Shown: positions 28,632-38,940, counted from the first letter of the stretch. The stretch: 54,509 bases of DNA from Blastocatellia bacterium (GCA_022615215.1 JAKEHD010000310.1:1-54509), one strand, 5' to 3'. The notes: generated from the sequence alone by a model not told the origin. A program made the numbers and translations.

Positions 28632-30038
28632 TCAATTCCCTGATACAAAAGTCTTGGTCAATCCCAATTCTTTGATCTTATGCTGCAAACTCTGACGGTG
28701 TATACCGAGTTTTGCTGCTGCCTGAGTTATATTACCACCTGTTTGATTGAGGCATTCTTCGATGTATTTCCGTTCAAACTCTTTCTTGGCATCTCGAAAT
28801 TCTAAAAAAAAAGGGATGCTGATCAGGTTATCTGTTTGAGTCAAATCTTTATTTTGCAAATTCTTAGCACTGAGTTCTTCAGAAAATACGTCTAAAGTAA
28901 TTTCTTCATTTTCAGCCAATACCACTGCCCTTTCAATGTAATTTCTGAGCTGACGCACATTTCCGGGCCAATCATACTCCAGCAACGCTTTAAGCGCAGC
29001 TTTCGATATGCTCAGGGGATTAGCCTTATAAGCTATAGAAAATCTTTTGCAAAAAGCATTAGCAAGGGCTGGTATATCGGATTTTCTTTCTCTGAGAGGA
29101 GGGACATTAATAGAGACGACACAAAGCCTATAGTATAAATCCTCTCTGAATTTTTGGAGTTCGATCTCTTTCTCAAGGTCTTTATTTGTGGCGCTTATTA
29201 TCCTCACATCGCTTGAAACGGTTTCGTTACTTCCCAGGCGCTGAAAGCTCTTCTCTTCAATCACTCGGAGGACTTTAGCCTGGGTCGAAAGGCTCATATC
29301 TCCTATCTCGTCCAGGAAAAGCGTGCCTTTATTTGCTGCCTCAAACTTCCCTACCCTCTTACCTGCCGCCCCTGTGAAAGCCCCTTTCTCATGGCCGAAG
29401 AGTTCCGATTCTATCAATTCCTGCGGCATTGCCGCGCAGTTTATGGCAACGAACGGGCCTGCGTCTGCCCGCCCGCGCGCATGAATCTCTCTGGCAACCA
29501 TCTCTTTTCCGGTGCCTGACTCTCCGGTAATCAATACGTTTACATCCGTCTGTGCCAACTTCTCAATAAGTGAATAGACCCTCGTCATGGCAGGCGACGA
29601 ACCGATCAACTGGCCGAAGGTTTCAGTCCCTGCAAGTTCGTTGCGCAGCCTCTCATTCTCGCTTCTGAGGCGAAAGGCTTCGATAGCATTTTTGACCAAT
29701 ATTCTCAACTCATCGACATCGAACGGCTTTGCCAGGTAGTCGTAGGCCCCTCGCTTGATCGCTTCCACTGCGAGGCGCTCAGAGCCGTGCGCCGTCACTA
29801 TAATGACTACAGGGGGTTCACGGCGCGAAACGAGAGTCGGCAAATAATCCAATCCCGATTCGGATGCGAGTTTTACGTCCAGCAATACCACGCCCGGCGA
29901 ATTGCTTTCAACGATAATTTCAGCCTCGTTGACGCTGCCGGCCTCAACTATCGTATGCCCTTCTCTCTCAAGCGCCCTCCGCATTCCGTATCGAGATGCC
30001 GGTTCATCGTCAACTATAAGCACTGTCGAATTCATCAT
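28632..30038 (-). CDS. Sigma-54-dependent response regulator (NtrC/Fis family)
   Basis: 468-aa ORF. REC domain (VLIVDDE...LLDVKL), AAA+ domain with GESGTGKE and GAFTGA loop, and a C-terminal Fis-type HTH. Confidence 0.9.
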   Translation of the reverse strand: MMNSTVLIVDDEPASRYGMRRALEREGHTIVEAGSVNEAEIIVESNSPGVVLLDVKLASESGLDYLPTLVSRREPPVVIIVTAHGSERLAVEAIKRGAYDYLAKPFDVDELRILVKNAIEAFRLRSENERLRNELAGTETFGQLIGSSPAMTRVYSLIEKLAQTDVNVLITGESGTGKEMVAREIHARGRADAGPFVAINCAAMPQELIESELFGHEKGAFTGAAGKRVGKFEAANKGTLFLDEIGDMSLSTQAKVLRVIEEKSFQRLGSNETVSSDVRIISATNKDLEKEIELQKFREDLYYRLCVVSINVPPLRERKSDIPALANAFCKRFSIAYKANPLSISKAALKALLEYDWPGNVRQLRNYIERAVVLAENEEITLDVFSEELSAKNLQNKDLTQTDNLISIPFFLEFRDAKKEFERKYIEECLNQTGGNITQAAAKLGIHRQSLQHKIKELGLTKTFVSGN

Positions 30039-30086
30039 CGTCTCCCCGTTCTCTTACTTTATTGCCGCCTTGTAAATCATCAAGAG

Positions 30087-31400
30087 CTAATGGCCGCGAG
30101 CAAGCAACACTCGAAGGTCTCTCACATTATTTCCTGTCGGCCCTGTTAAGACAAGGCCGCCAAGTTTTTTGAAAAAAGAGTATGAGTCATTTCTCTTAAG
30201 GTAATCCAGATAATTCAGATTTTGCTTCCGGGAGTTGTTTATCGTTTCGGCATCCGCAACTGCGCCGGCAGCGTTACTGTTGCCATCGATGCCATCTGTG
30301 CCGCAAGAGAGGACTGCCACATCCCTTACTCCAAGTGCCGCCAGTCTGGCAGCCGAGTATAACACGAATTCCTGATTGCGCCCGCCCCTGCCATCACCTG
30401 AGACGGGGCAAGACACTTCCCCGCCGGAAACCAGACATACGCTATCGCCCGCATGAAAGCTACGGAGATATAACAAACGGTCTATCAATCGATCTGCCAC
30501 ATCCTTGTATTCACCTTCAAAATGTTCCAGGTCCGCTTCTACCCGAAAACCTCTTCTCCTAGCTACCTCGGAAGCGGCTTTTATAGCATCGAGGTTATCA
30601 AGCAATAGCAAAGCAGTCAGTTGGCGATTGCTCCAACCCGCAGGCAGGCAAGAAATTCGCTCTTGCTTTATCGTTTCCGAAACACCGGGAGGGAGTTTAT
30701 CAATCAATCGGTATTCATCAATAATGGCAAAAAACTCTTCAACACTGGCGTCATCAGGTAGCAAGGGATTTGAAGCGAGGGAGTGCAAGTCGCCAGGATT
30801 TACGTCCGACAGGTATAAGGCTATACACCGCAAATTCCTGGCTTCATACCCCAGCCTTCCTCCCTTTATTTGAGACAGATGCTTTCGGACAATATTAATT
30901 TCGCGTATAGCAGCTCCGCTATTTACCAGAGTGCTGTTCAGGCTCCTAATATCTTCAAGACCCAAATCCGATGATACGGGAAATTCCACGAGTGAGGAGC
31001 CGCCCCCGGAGATAAGGAAGATAACCAGGGCCTTGCTGCTACAAGTGCGAATCGCGCGCAGGATTTTTTCGCCTGCCTTCAAACTGTTGCTATCGGGCAA
31101 GGGGTGCCCGGCAATAATAACCTCTGATTTAACTTCAACATTATGGCGGTGATCGGATACCAGTATGCCTCTATTGATGCGAGGGCCGAGCAATCTTTCA
31201 ATGACAGATCCCATAATCAGGCTGGCTTTTCCAAAGCCTATGATTACAACTTCCGAACAATCAGCAAGGTTTATATTTTCATCATTTAATTCAAGAAGAT
31301 CGCCTTTTACTTTAATCTTCTCTCGTATAACTTTTTCAATATCCAAGTCCCTCAAAGCGCAGAGAAAAATTTGCTTTGCTTCTTCTTTCAAATCCGTCAT
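30087..31400 (-). CDS. Glycerate 2-kinase / hydroxypyruvate reductase family (DUF4147 + MOFRL)
   Basis: 437-aa ORF. IGFGKAS, ISGGGSSL, SGGEVSCPVSG.GRGGRNQEF and CGTDGIDGNS motifs. Confidence 0.8.
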   Translation of the reverse strand: MTDLKEEAKQIFLCALRDLDIEKVIREKIKVKGDLLELNDENINLADCSEVVIIGFGKASLIMGSVIERLLGPRINRGILVSDHRHNVEVKSEVIIAGHPLPDSNSLKAGEKILRAIRTCSSKALVIFLISGGGSSLVEFPVSSDLGLEDIRSLNSTLVNSGAAIREINIVRKHLSQIKGGRLGYEARNLRCIALYLSDVNPGDLHSLASNPLLPDDASVEEFFAIIDEYRLIDKLPPGVSETIKQERISCLPAGWSNRQLTALLLLDNLDAIKAASEVARRRGFRVEADLEHFEGEYKDVADRLIDRLLYLRSFHAGDSVCLVSGGEVSCPVSGDGRGGRNQEFVLYSAARLAALGVRDVAVLSCGTDGIDGNSNAAGAVADAETINNSRKQNLNYLDYLKRNDSYSFFKKLGGLVLTGPTGNNVRDLRVLLARGH

Positions 31401-31519
31401 ATAGAGAGCCTTATCTGAGGTTGAACCTCAACTCTGAAATCCATCTCAGAGGGTTTATAAAAGATTTCAGTTCCTTTGCAGAAAGCAAGTCTTGATCTGT
31501 TTTCTCTACAACTTTAAGG

Positions 31520-32332
31520 TCAAAAAGTCGGCAAAAGCCAGAGCGGCACGCCGGACAGAAGACTACTGGTCACTGCTTTTTCGCCATAGCCGGTCATCGG
31601 GCGAAATAGCCTTTGCAACAACCCTTTGCGCGGCTGTATGAAAAATATCTGTGGCTCTCCGCTCAATCCTGCAAGAGAAGCTGCTCGTTTGACGGCCGCA
31701 TCCAGGCCGCCGAGCGAGTCTACCAGTCCAGCCTCTTTCGCCTGCCTGCCCGTCATTATTCTCCCATCGGCCAGACGCGCTATATCGCTCTGTGGCTTCT
31801 TCCTCGAAGTAGCTACGACTTCTACAAACTGGTTGTGAGTGTCATCTATGACATCCTGCAAAAGCGACTCTTCATCTTTGGAAAAAGACCTGTAAGTGGC
31901 CAGCATATCCTTGTACGGTCCAGACTTCACCACTTTGGGGGATATGCCCACTTTGTCATAGAGATGACTCAGGTCGCTTGCCCTTATTATGACGCCTATC
32001 GAGCCGGTGACGGTTCCGGGATTCGCAAATATCTCGTTTGCAGCCATCGAGACATATACGCCTCCCGACGCCGCCACATCCCCCATCGAAGCGATTACAG
32101 GTATACCTTTTTCTTTGACCTGTTCGACGGCAGCAAAAACCTCCTGGCACGCAGCCACGCTCCCGCCTGGACTATTCACTCTGAGAACGATGGCCCGCGC
32201 ATTTCTACGTTGAGCCTCTTTCAGAGACGCTAATATCTTTGCGCGACTGGCTCCAAAGGCATCGCTATCGGCGATCACGCCCTCGATCTTTACTATGGCT
32301 ACCCGAGTGTTTGATTTTCTTCTCAAGCGCAT
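31520..32332 (-). CDS. sppA: Signal peptide peptidase SppA, 36K type
   Basis: 270-aa ORF. VNSPGGSV, MGDVAASGGYY-like (ASGGVYVS) and SIGV segments of peptidase family S49. Confidence 0.85.
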   Translation of the reverse strand: MRLRRKSNTRVAIVKIEGVIADSDAFGASRAKILASLKEAQRRNARAIVLRVNSPGGSVAACQEVFAAVEQVKEKGIPVIASMGDVAASGGVYVSMAANEIFANPGTVTGSIGVIIRASDLSHLYDKVGISPKVVKSGPYKDMLATYRSFSKDEESLLQDVIDDTHNQFVEVVATSRKKPQSDIARLADGRIMTGRQAKEAGLVDSLGGLDAAVKRAASLAGLSGEPQIFFIQPRKGLLQRLFRPMTGYGEKAVTSSLLSGVPLWLLPTF

Positions 32333-32352
32333 CTTTAACTATCCGCAGCAGG

Positions 32353-32823
32353 TCAATCCTTATTCTCGATCCGTTTCAGCATTTCATCGAGTATCATCTG
32401 GTTCGAAGCGCCTCGCGCGGCTATTTTTTTCGCCCCCCGGTCGCACTCCTCTTGTATAGGATGATTGTTGTGGCCTCTGGTCCATGTCCACTTCACCTTA
32501 TGAGACCGGGCCGCCGCATTAAGCCGCCGCCAGTATTCATGATTCGCCTTCTGCCGGTAATTTCCTTTTTGAGTTTCAACAACATACTGGGAGTCTGTTA
32601 TAACCTCTACTTCACACGGAACCTTCAAAGCCTCCAATCCTATCGCCGCAGCCACTATCTCGGCCTGGTTGTTGGTCGCAAAGCCGAGGTACTCTCCGAC
32701 CACTTTATGCCGACTCTTCCCTTCCCTATCTACATAAGTGAGGACCGCAAACGCTCCGGCCTGCGCTTCTTCCCTGCCATTGCCAAGAGAACTGCCATCG
32801 CATACTAGAGTGACCTTTTTCAT
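32353..32823 (-). CDS. rnhA: Ribonuclease HI
   Basis: 156-aa ORF. DGSSLGNG..., NNQAE and TDSQYV catalytic DEDD segments. WVKGHxG-like WTRGHNNHPIQEECD. Confidence 0.9.
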   Translation of the reverse strand: MKKVTLVCDGSSLGNGREEAQAGAFAVLTYVDREGKSRHKVVGEYLGFATNNQAEIVAAAIGLEALKVPCEVEVITDSQYVVETQKGNYRQKANHEYWRRLNAAARSHKVKWTWTRGHNNHPIQEECDRGAKKIAARGASNQMILDEMLKRIENKD

Positions 32824-32917
32824 AAGATGAAACGATTATATTTCAACGATCACTTTAAAGAAAGCAGCCAAGCTAAACTTCAAGCCTGATATCAACCACC
32901 CGGTATCATAAAGCGAT

Positions 32918-32948
32918 AGGGCGAAGCCTTTTCCAAAGGCCTCGCCCT
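32918..32948 (-). terminator. Hairpin terminator downstream of the 650-aa secreted-protein gene
   Basis: 11-bp GC-rich stem AGGGCGA(A/G)GCC with one mismatch and a 9-nt loop, lying 35 nt past the stop codon. Confidence 0.55.
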
Positions 32949-32982
32949 GTTCCTCAAATATGCTGTTAGGAATCTGTCGGGT

Positions 32983-34935
32983 TTATTGATCCAGTTCGGA
33001 AGAACTGATGTTGTAGGTTTGCATGAGCTTCAATACATCCTGGCGTATCGCATCCCATCTTACAGCCAGAGCGTCTGCTGCGCGGCTCGTCGTCGTTGTG
33101 AACACGGCATCGGTGCTTCTTGCCTGACGGGCCAAAGAGAGAGTTGCTTTCCGCAGAGCTTCAGGGGTCTGAAGCGAAGCACTCAACCTCGAATAAAGCT
33201 GGGTCGAATTAGCAAAACTATCGATGGCAAAAAGCAATTCTATCTCCGGTTCCTGGAGACGGTCCCGGCCCTCAAGTTCGATCTTCGTTCCCGTAAGTCG
33301 CACGCCGAGAATGCGCTGGCACTCAGCGAGCAATTCCTCAGCCTGCCGCTGGAGATCCATTCCAGTCACAGGGACCGACCCGCCGGAAGAGGGGCGGCTC
33401 GCAGTTCTCGGCGGATAAGAGTCTGATGCAGAAACAGGCTCCGAATTCGATGCATTGGATAAAGATATGTTGAGGTCGCCCCCTGCGCCGTGAACGACCA
33501 CGCGGCGCACATATTCAACATCGTCCTTGACCTGCATTTCTATGCGGCCTCTGGTTAAAACCTGAGTCACCATTCCGGCAGGTCTCACCGCTCGCGCGTA
33601 TACTTCGAGAGTGTCGCCGTTCACAACGTGTTCGCCATACCAGCGCCACCCGCCTGTATTGGCCTGAGTGTTGATGAGAATATCGATTCCGCCGTCGGGA
33701 TTTCTTCGAGCGGTCGCGGAAAGCACATTCGCCAAGACGGTGCCCGATTCCGACGCAGGCTCTGCTTTTCGGTTGCCTGGCCTGGCAGCAGTATTGATTC
33801 CGAGGCTCTTCGCGGTCGTGGGGTCGAGGTCACCCGTCTCAGGCAAATTGTTCTCGCGTTGATATGCGCGCAAGGCATCCGAGACACGCGGACTCATCTG
33901 ACCATCTATCTGACCTTCATAATACCCTTCATCTCTGAGCGCGACCTGCGCGCGCCGAACCATCTCAGCCGACGATAGCGGAAGCGGCTCGCTACCGGCT
34001 TCAGATGCATCCTCGGAATCACTTTCATCTGGTAGAGATGCATCATTAGACACAGCGGGCGGCCTCTCATCACGGGCAGGACGGGGATCATTACGGGAGG
34101 GTTGAGGCTCAACGCGGTCGGGCTGACGGTCTGTGGGATACGAATTGCGGTCTCTTCGATAATCAGGTCTTGAGGTTTCGGACGCTGGCGGAGAATCGGC
34201 AGTTCGGCCGTCTGCGGGGTAGTAAGTTCCGGGATCACTCTCAGCAACATAACCATCTCTTATAAGAAGCGGTTGTTTTAGCTGAATGCCGAAGCGAGTG
34301 CCCGGTGCCACTTCTGCCTCTTCACCCTTCGATAGCAACACGGCTGCCACGCCCGCGCCTGCTCCGGCGACGCCGCCTATGGCAGCCCCTTTTCCGCCTC
34401 CGGCCATTCCGCCGATAATGGCGCCCAGTATGCCTCCGCCGCCTATGAAGACGGCCTTGCGATCATCCTTATCACCGGAAACTTTTCCTTCATCATCTAC
34501 TTGCTGCTGCGCATAAGGATCATCAGAGGTCAAACTTCCCACAAGGCCGACCCTGGAACCGTTCGGAAAGACGAGCGTATCGAAATCAATCGCTATCGAA
34601 CCCGACCTGCTCATTCGTCTGGCAGGTGTCACTTGAGTGACCCGTCCCTCAACGATCGCGCCCGCAGGTATGACCGTCTGACCATTCACATAAACAGGAA
34701 CCGCCACCGTAGCAGTGAATATATCCCCGACCCTGGAAGTCTTGGAGTTCAAATCGCTGTTCATCCGCATGCTGATTATCGTATCGGCAGGCACTGTACT
34801 GCCAGGGTCGTTGTAGGAGCGCGAACCGTATCGATCTCGTCGGTTCTGGGCGCTGGCCTCTGCCAGCAAGCTTATGGCAAGAGCGGTTGCCATAATTGCG
34901 CAGCACAAAACCTTCAAACTTGATCTGACTATCAT
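32983..34935 (-). CDS. Secreted hypothetical protein with glycine-zipper segment, Pro/Arg-rich linker and peptidoglycan-binding (PG_binding_1-like) domain
   Basis: 650-aa ORF with a signal peptide. GGGGILGAIIGGMAGGGKGAAIGGVAGAGAG glycine zipper. VALRDEGYYEGQIDGQMSPRVSDALRAYQRENNLPETGDLD matches the PG-binding repeat. Confidence 0.65.
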   Translation of the reverse strand: MIVRSSLKVLCCAIMATALAISLLAEASAQNRRDRYGSRSYNDPGSTVPADTIISMRMNSDLNSKTSRVGDIFTATVAVPVYVNGQTVIPAGAIVEGRVTQVTPARRMSRSGSIAIDFDTLVFPNGSRVGLVGSLTSDDPYAQQQVDDEGKVSGDKDDRKAVFIGGGGILGAIIGGMAGGGKGAAIGGVAGAGAGVAAVLLSKGEEAEVAPGTRFGIQLKQPLLIRDGYVAESDPGTYYPADGRTADSPPASETSRPDYRRDRNSYPTDRQPDRVEPQPSRNDPRPARDERPPAVSNDASLPDESDSEDASEAGSEPLPLSSAEMVRRAQVALRDEGYYEGQIDGQMSPRVSDALRAYQRENNLPETGDLDPTTAKSLGINTAARPGNRKAEPASESGTVLANVLSATARRNPDGGIDILINTQANTGGWRWYGEHVVNGDTLEVYARAVRPAGMVTQVLTRGRIEMQVKDDVEYVRRVVVHGAGGDLNISLSNASNSEPVSASDSYPPRTASRPSSGGSVPVTGMDLQRQAEELLAECQRILGVRLTGTKIELEGRDRLQEPEIELLFAIDSFANSTQLYSRLSASLQTPEALRKATLSLARQARSTDAVFTTTTSRAADALAVRWDAIRQDVLKLMQTYNISSSELDQ

Positions 34936-35144
34936 AATGTATTTTCCTCCATTGCTCTTGGACTTCCTGACCGGGGAAAGTGATCCGTAAATGCTGAGAC
35001 GATAAATATAGACCCGCGTGTTGTCCGGGCTAATAAATCTCCAGTATCAGTCTAAAGTCTCTCCCCACAGCCACTTGCCATGTTTCCCAATTTCCCTCAC
35101 ATCAATAAATTTCGTTATCAGTCTCATATTGTTTCATCAACCCG

Positions 35145-38100
35145 TCAAGCACCATCGGATGAACCTCTGACAGAGACCACACGGTCTGTAAAACCTTCGA
35201 AGGCGTCATCGTGGCTGATGACGAATAGTTGATCGAAGTCCTTGATACGCCCTATTTGCTGCGCCAGGTTGCGACGCCTCTCTTCATCCATGTTGGTCGT
35301 CGGTTCATCGAAAAAGGCCAATCGCATATCGGATAACTCTTTAAGCAGGGCCAGACGAACCGATAAGGCGGCGGCCATCTGTTCTCCGCCCGACAGACTG
35401 GCAAAAGGCCGCTCGTGGCCCTCCTCTTCCTGTACGACTTCATAACCCATGTCCCACCTCAGCGATACCATGGGATTGCCGGTTATATCACGATACAACT
35501 GGTTCGCCTCGATCGAAATCGATTGCAGATGCGCTTCGGTGATGAAAGGGCCTGCCTTCTTTAAAAGCTCACGGATGAATTCCGATAGGGATAGCAGTTG
35601 TTTGCTGTGCTCCATATTGCCTGCCAGTTCCGTCATACGGTCTCTGGCAATCATCAGCTTTTCGATCTCCGCGTTCAACTCTTCAACTCTGACCCTGGCA
35701 GACTGCGATTCCGCTCCGAGAGAAGCGGTCAGGTTTCTCAATTCTTCAAGCCGTTTCTTAACCTCCGCATGCTTTTCCTCATCGTAATCGGAGCGCGCAT
35801 CTCGAAGCACTTTTTCCAATCGCTCTAATTCCTCGCGATCTTCTTCAAGCTGCTTCTCAACGGTATTCAACTCGGTCTCGCGCGATTCAAGCATAGCCGC
35901 AACGGGCTGGTTCTCTATGTATACACGATAATCCTTTTCGGATGCCGCGCGGCGCTCGCGCGCTCGCGCTATCTCCTGGTCAAGCTCGGCATATTTTTCG
36001 AGCCGCCCCGACAATGCCTGAGTTGCCGCCGACAATTCCCTCTCGCGTTTTTCCAACTCATTCAGGGATTTTTCGATCTCTTCTCTTTTTTCAAGTGATG
36101 CTTTAAAGGTTCGAACACGGCCTCGCGGGTCGTCGAGTTCGATCAACCTTTTTTCAACCTCGGTTAAGTCATCACTTAAAGTGCTCATGGATTCGAGGCG
36201 ATTCTTCAACTCTTCCTGAGCGTTCCGTTTTTCAGTTCCCTCAGACTTCAATCTCTCCAGATTTTTTCTAAGCACTTTCAGGCTTTCATACTTCGACCTG
36301 GCTGCCTGCGCCTCGCGCAAGTCATGCTCAATCCGACCTAGCCGGTCGGTTTGTAGACGCAACTGTTCATCGTCGACTTTTGTAGATTCAATCTCCCTTT
36401 CCAGTTGCGCGGCTTCTTTTCGCTTGATCTCAAGGTCTTCTTTGTAACGAGCCAGTTGCACACACTGCGCCGACACCGCAGAGGATGCTTTCAATGCCTT
36501 CCTTGCATCGGCAAGCTTGCGCTGAATCATTTTACGATTGCTCTCGGCGAGAGCCAGACGCTCCTGTTCGTTTCCCAATTGTGCTTTGAAGTATTGATCC
36601 AGGCCTTCGCCTTCTTTCATGTTCAGGCATCGCTGAGATAATAATGGGCAAAGCCCGTCCTTCACCTGGGATAGAACCTGCTCTTCACGCGCAATCCTGG
36701 CTTTAAGGTCCGCAACCTCAGACATGGCCGTTTCATTCTCAATCTCAAGTTGAGGTAATGTAGCGGCTATTTGTTCGGCAGCCAGGCCCGCAGCCATCTC
36801 TTTTTCTAAGGTGCTCGTCTCGCCGTTTATCCTGGCAATGGTCTCGCGCGTTCGGGTCAGTTCCTTCCTGCGTCCGGCAAGGCGTTCGAGCGCCACCCGC
36901 ATCTCGCGCAATTCCAGCTCCAGCGCCTTCCTCTCCTCTTCAAGGTGCCGCGCGCGTTGGGCCTCCCCTTCGAGGGCTTCAGCTTCAGCTATCTGTTTTG
37001 ACAGGTCAGAGTATTCACGACGCAAAGATTCCAGGTCGCGCTCGCCAGACTCGACGCGCTCTCTCAGCACGCTCATTTCCCCTAAAGCCTTTTGCAACTC
37101 TCCGCGTCTGGCTTCAAGTTTTTCCTGCTCCGCAACCATTGGGCTCAGTCTTTCCATCTCAGCCCGGTCCATCTCGATTTGTTTCAACTTCTCTCGCAAA
37201 GTTCGGAGCCGTTCTTCTACTCGGAAGGCCTCGCGCTCCTTCTCCGATAACTCTTTGCTGATCTCATCCCGAATCGCAACCTGCGGTTCGAATTTCGATA
37301 AATGCGTATTAGAATCGTTATAAGACTCATATCCGGCGGCGGCAGACTCGACGGCAACTTTAGCCTCACGCGCGCGCTGAACCTCTTCAGTTAAAACAGC
37401 ACGGCGGGGGTCTATATCTTCAATCCGAGAAACGAGGGCCTGAGATTCTCCGGCCATACGCTCTATGCTTCTCTGTAAAGCGTCAAGCCCTTCCAATTCA
37501 TGGCGCGACCTGTCGCGCTCGCGCTCGGCCTCTGCCAGGTCGCGCTTGAGGCGAAGAAGTTCAGTCTCATAGCGGGATTTTTCCCCCAGCAATCCGTCCA
37601 GGGCAGCGACCTCTCCCTCAAGCCGGGCGATCTCTTCGCGTAGATTCGCCTCCTTGGATTCTATGAGCCGCACGAGCGCGCGCAACTCTTCCGACGAGCG
37701 TTGATACTCGTCAACCCGCAGCACTTTGTCGAAGCTGATTTTTCTCTTCGCCGGCTGGTCGGCAAAGTCGACTGTGAAGGTGCCCTGCGGGACGCCTATG
37801 GTCGAGGTGAATAGCGATTTGAGATCGGTGGTCGGTTCCACGCCGAGGTGCTCTTTGATCCATGAGCCGACCTGGCTTTTCTGTTCCACAAGCTTGAGCT
37901 TCGTGATCGGGTCGTAGACATGGTAGCCGCTGGCTGTATCCCTGTAGACCGTATAATGGCGACCATCGAGGGCAGACGCGAACGTGACACGCACAGACCC
38001 TTTCCTTGCCCCTCTTCGCAAAAAGTCTTCCTTCTTATAAGGCAGTTGATCGAATAGCGCCCAGGCTATGGCTTCAAGAATCGTGGTCTTGCCCGATCCA

Positions 38101-38195
38101 TTCGGCCCGCTGATGGCCGTGACCCCGGCACCGAATTCGAAACTGCCCGATTCGTAGCTCTTGATGTTTTCCAACTCCACTCTGGCAATAAGCAT
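35145..38195 (-). CDS. sbcC: SbcC/Rad50-like SMC-family ATPase
   Basis: 1016-aa ORF. N-terminal Walker A GPNGSGKTT, about 750 aa of coiled coil with a central Cys pair (CPLLSQRC), C-terminal signature LSGGE and Walker B LAFFDEP. Confidence 0.8.
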   Translation of the reverse strand: MLIARVELENIKSYESGSFEFGAGVTAISGPNGSGKTTILEAIAWALFDQLPYKKEDFLRRGARKGSVRVTFASALDGRHYTVYRDTASGYHVYDPITKLKLVEQKSQVGSWIKEHLGVEPTTDLKSLFTSTIGVPQGTFTVDFADQPAKRKISFDKVLRVDEYQRSSEELRALVRLIESKEANLREEIARLEGEVAALDGLLGEKSRYETELLRLKRDLAEAERERDRSRHELEGLDALQRSIERMAGESQALVSRIEDIDPRRAVLTEEVQRAREAKVAVESAAAGYESYNDSNTHLSKFEPQVAIRDEISKELSEKEREAFRVEERLRTLREKLKQIEMDRAEMERLSPMVAEQEKLEARRGELQKALGEMSVLRERVESGERDLESLRREYSDLSKQIAEAEALEGEAQRARHLEEERKALELELREMRVALERLAGRRKELTRTRETIARINGETSTLEKEMAAGLAAEQIAATLPQLEIENETAMSEVADLKARIAREEQVLSQVKDGLCPLLSQRCLNMKEGEGLDQYFKAQLGNEQERLALAESNRKMIQRKLADARKALKASSAVSAQCVQLARYKEDLEIKRKEAAQLEREIESTKVDDEQLRLQTDRLGRIEHDLREAQAARSKYESLKVLRKNLERLKSEGTEKRNAQEELKNRLESMSTLSDDLTEVEKRLIELDDPRGRVRTFKASLEKREEIEKSLNELEKRERELSAATQALSGRLEKYAELDQEIARARERRAASEKDYRVYIENQPVAAMLESRETELNTVEKQLEEDREELERLEKVLRDARSDYDEEKHAEVKKRLEELRNLTASLGAESQSARVRVEELNAEIEKLMIARDRMTELAGNMEHSKQLLSLSEFIRELLKKAGPFITEAHLQSISIEANQLYRDITGNPMVSLRWDMGYEVVQEEEGHERPFASLSGGEQMAAALSVRLALLKELSDMRLAFFDEPTTNMDEERRRNLAQQIGRIKDFDQLFVISHDDAFEGFTDRVVSVRGSSDGA

Positions 38196-38449
38196 AAGCA
38201 GTTGTCCCCATATTCATGCCCGGATCATATTCGAGGAACGTCGATGCGACTTAGATTTTATCACGCGCCGCCGCACAAATGAAATTTCCACCTCGAAGCG
38301 AATTCCGAAGCAATCAGACTTGAGGTTGATTTCGGTTCCGCCAATATATAATATGGCGGTTGAGAACTCCCTCCCCGTGGGCAGGATTCGATGGCGGGGA
38401 TTTCCTTCTATCTCCCCATCCTCACTTTGATAAATGGTGTGGAGAGTGT

Positions 38450-38490
38450 GTTCTTTTGAGAAGGCGTTCTTTTGAGAAAGCATTCTTTAG
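38450..38490 (+). promoter_or_regulatory. Three direct repeats TTCTTT(T)GAGAA at 15-16 bp period upstream of the 38527 gene
   Basis: gTTCTTTTGAGAAg gcgTTCTTTTGAGAAa gcaTTCTTTAGg, lying 37-77 bp upstream of the ATG at 38527. Each unit has the inverted half-sites CTTT..AAAG. Confidence 0.5.
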
Positions 38491-38526
38491 GTTTGGGCCT
38501 CACACCTGTTCAGGCTGGGTTTTCGA

Positions 38527-38940
38527 ATGGCTATCGCTCTGGTAATCATCGCATTGGTGTTCGTGACGGCGCTCGGTCTGCATGCTTACAAGCGCATGAT
38601 GGAATCGCGCGAGGCGCGCATGACCGAAAACGAATACAATACGGCCGTCACGCTATGGAACTATGCGCGCCTCGTCAAAAGTCAGATTGACGAAGCCGCG
38701 CGTCAAGGAACGGGAGTAATAGATTTTTATAAAATAACGGTCCCTCACAGTTCCGGCTACAAGATGTCGCTCGAACTCATAAGCCACTCTTTCCGCATAT
38801 ATGCCATACCCGACAGGTATAACCGAACCGGGCGGCTCTCTTTTTATACTGACAGCACCATTACCGTAAGAGCTTCCGACCGGAGCGGCGGGCGGGCGAC
38901 CGCGAATGATCAGGAATATGCCGGCACTCCAAACTTATAA
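38527..38940 (+). CDS. Hypothetical N-terminally anchored protein
   Basis: 137-aa ORF with a single N-terminal hydrophobic helix (IALVIIALVFVTALGL). Lies 87 bp upstream of the histidine kinase on the same strand. Confidence 0.5.
   Translation: MAIALVIIALVFVTALGLHAYKRMMESREARMTENEYNTAVTLWNYARLVKSQIDEAARQGTGVIDFYKITVPHSSGYKMSLELISHSFRIYAIPDRYNRTGRLSFYTDSTITVRASDRSGGRATANDQEYAGTPNL

Noticed and set aside
38214-38483. 89-aa minus-strand ORF just upstream of sbcC as a remnant of sbcD
   Set aside because: It has no metallophosphoesterase motifs (DxH, GDxxD, GNHD), it is too short, and the composition looks non-coding. I cannot support a pseudogene call.
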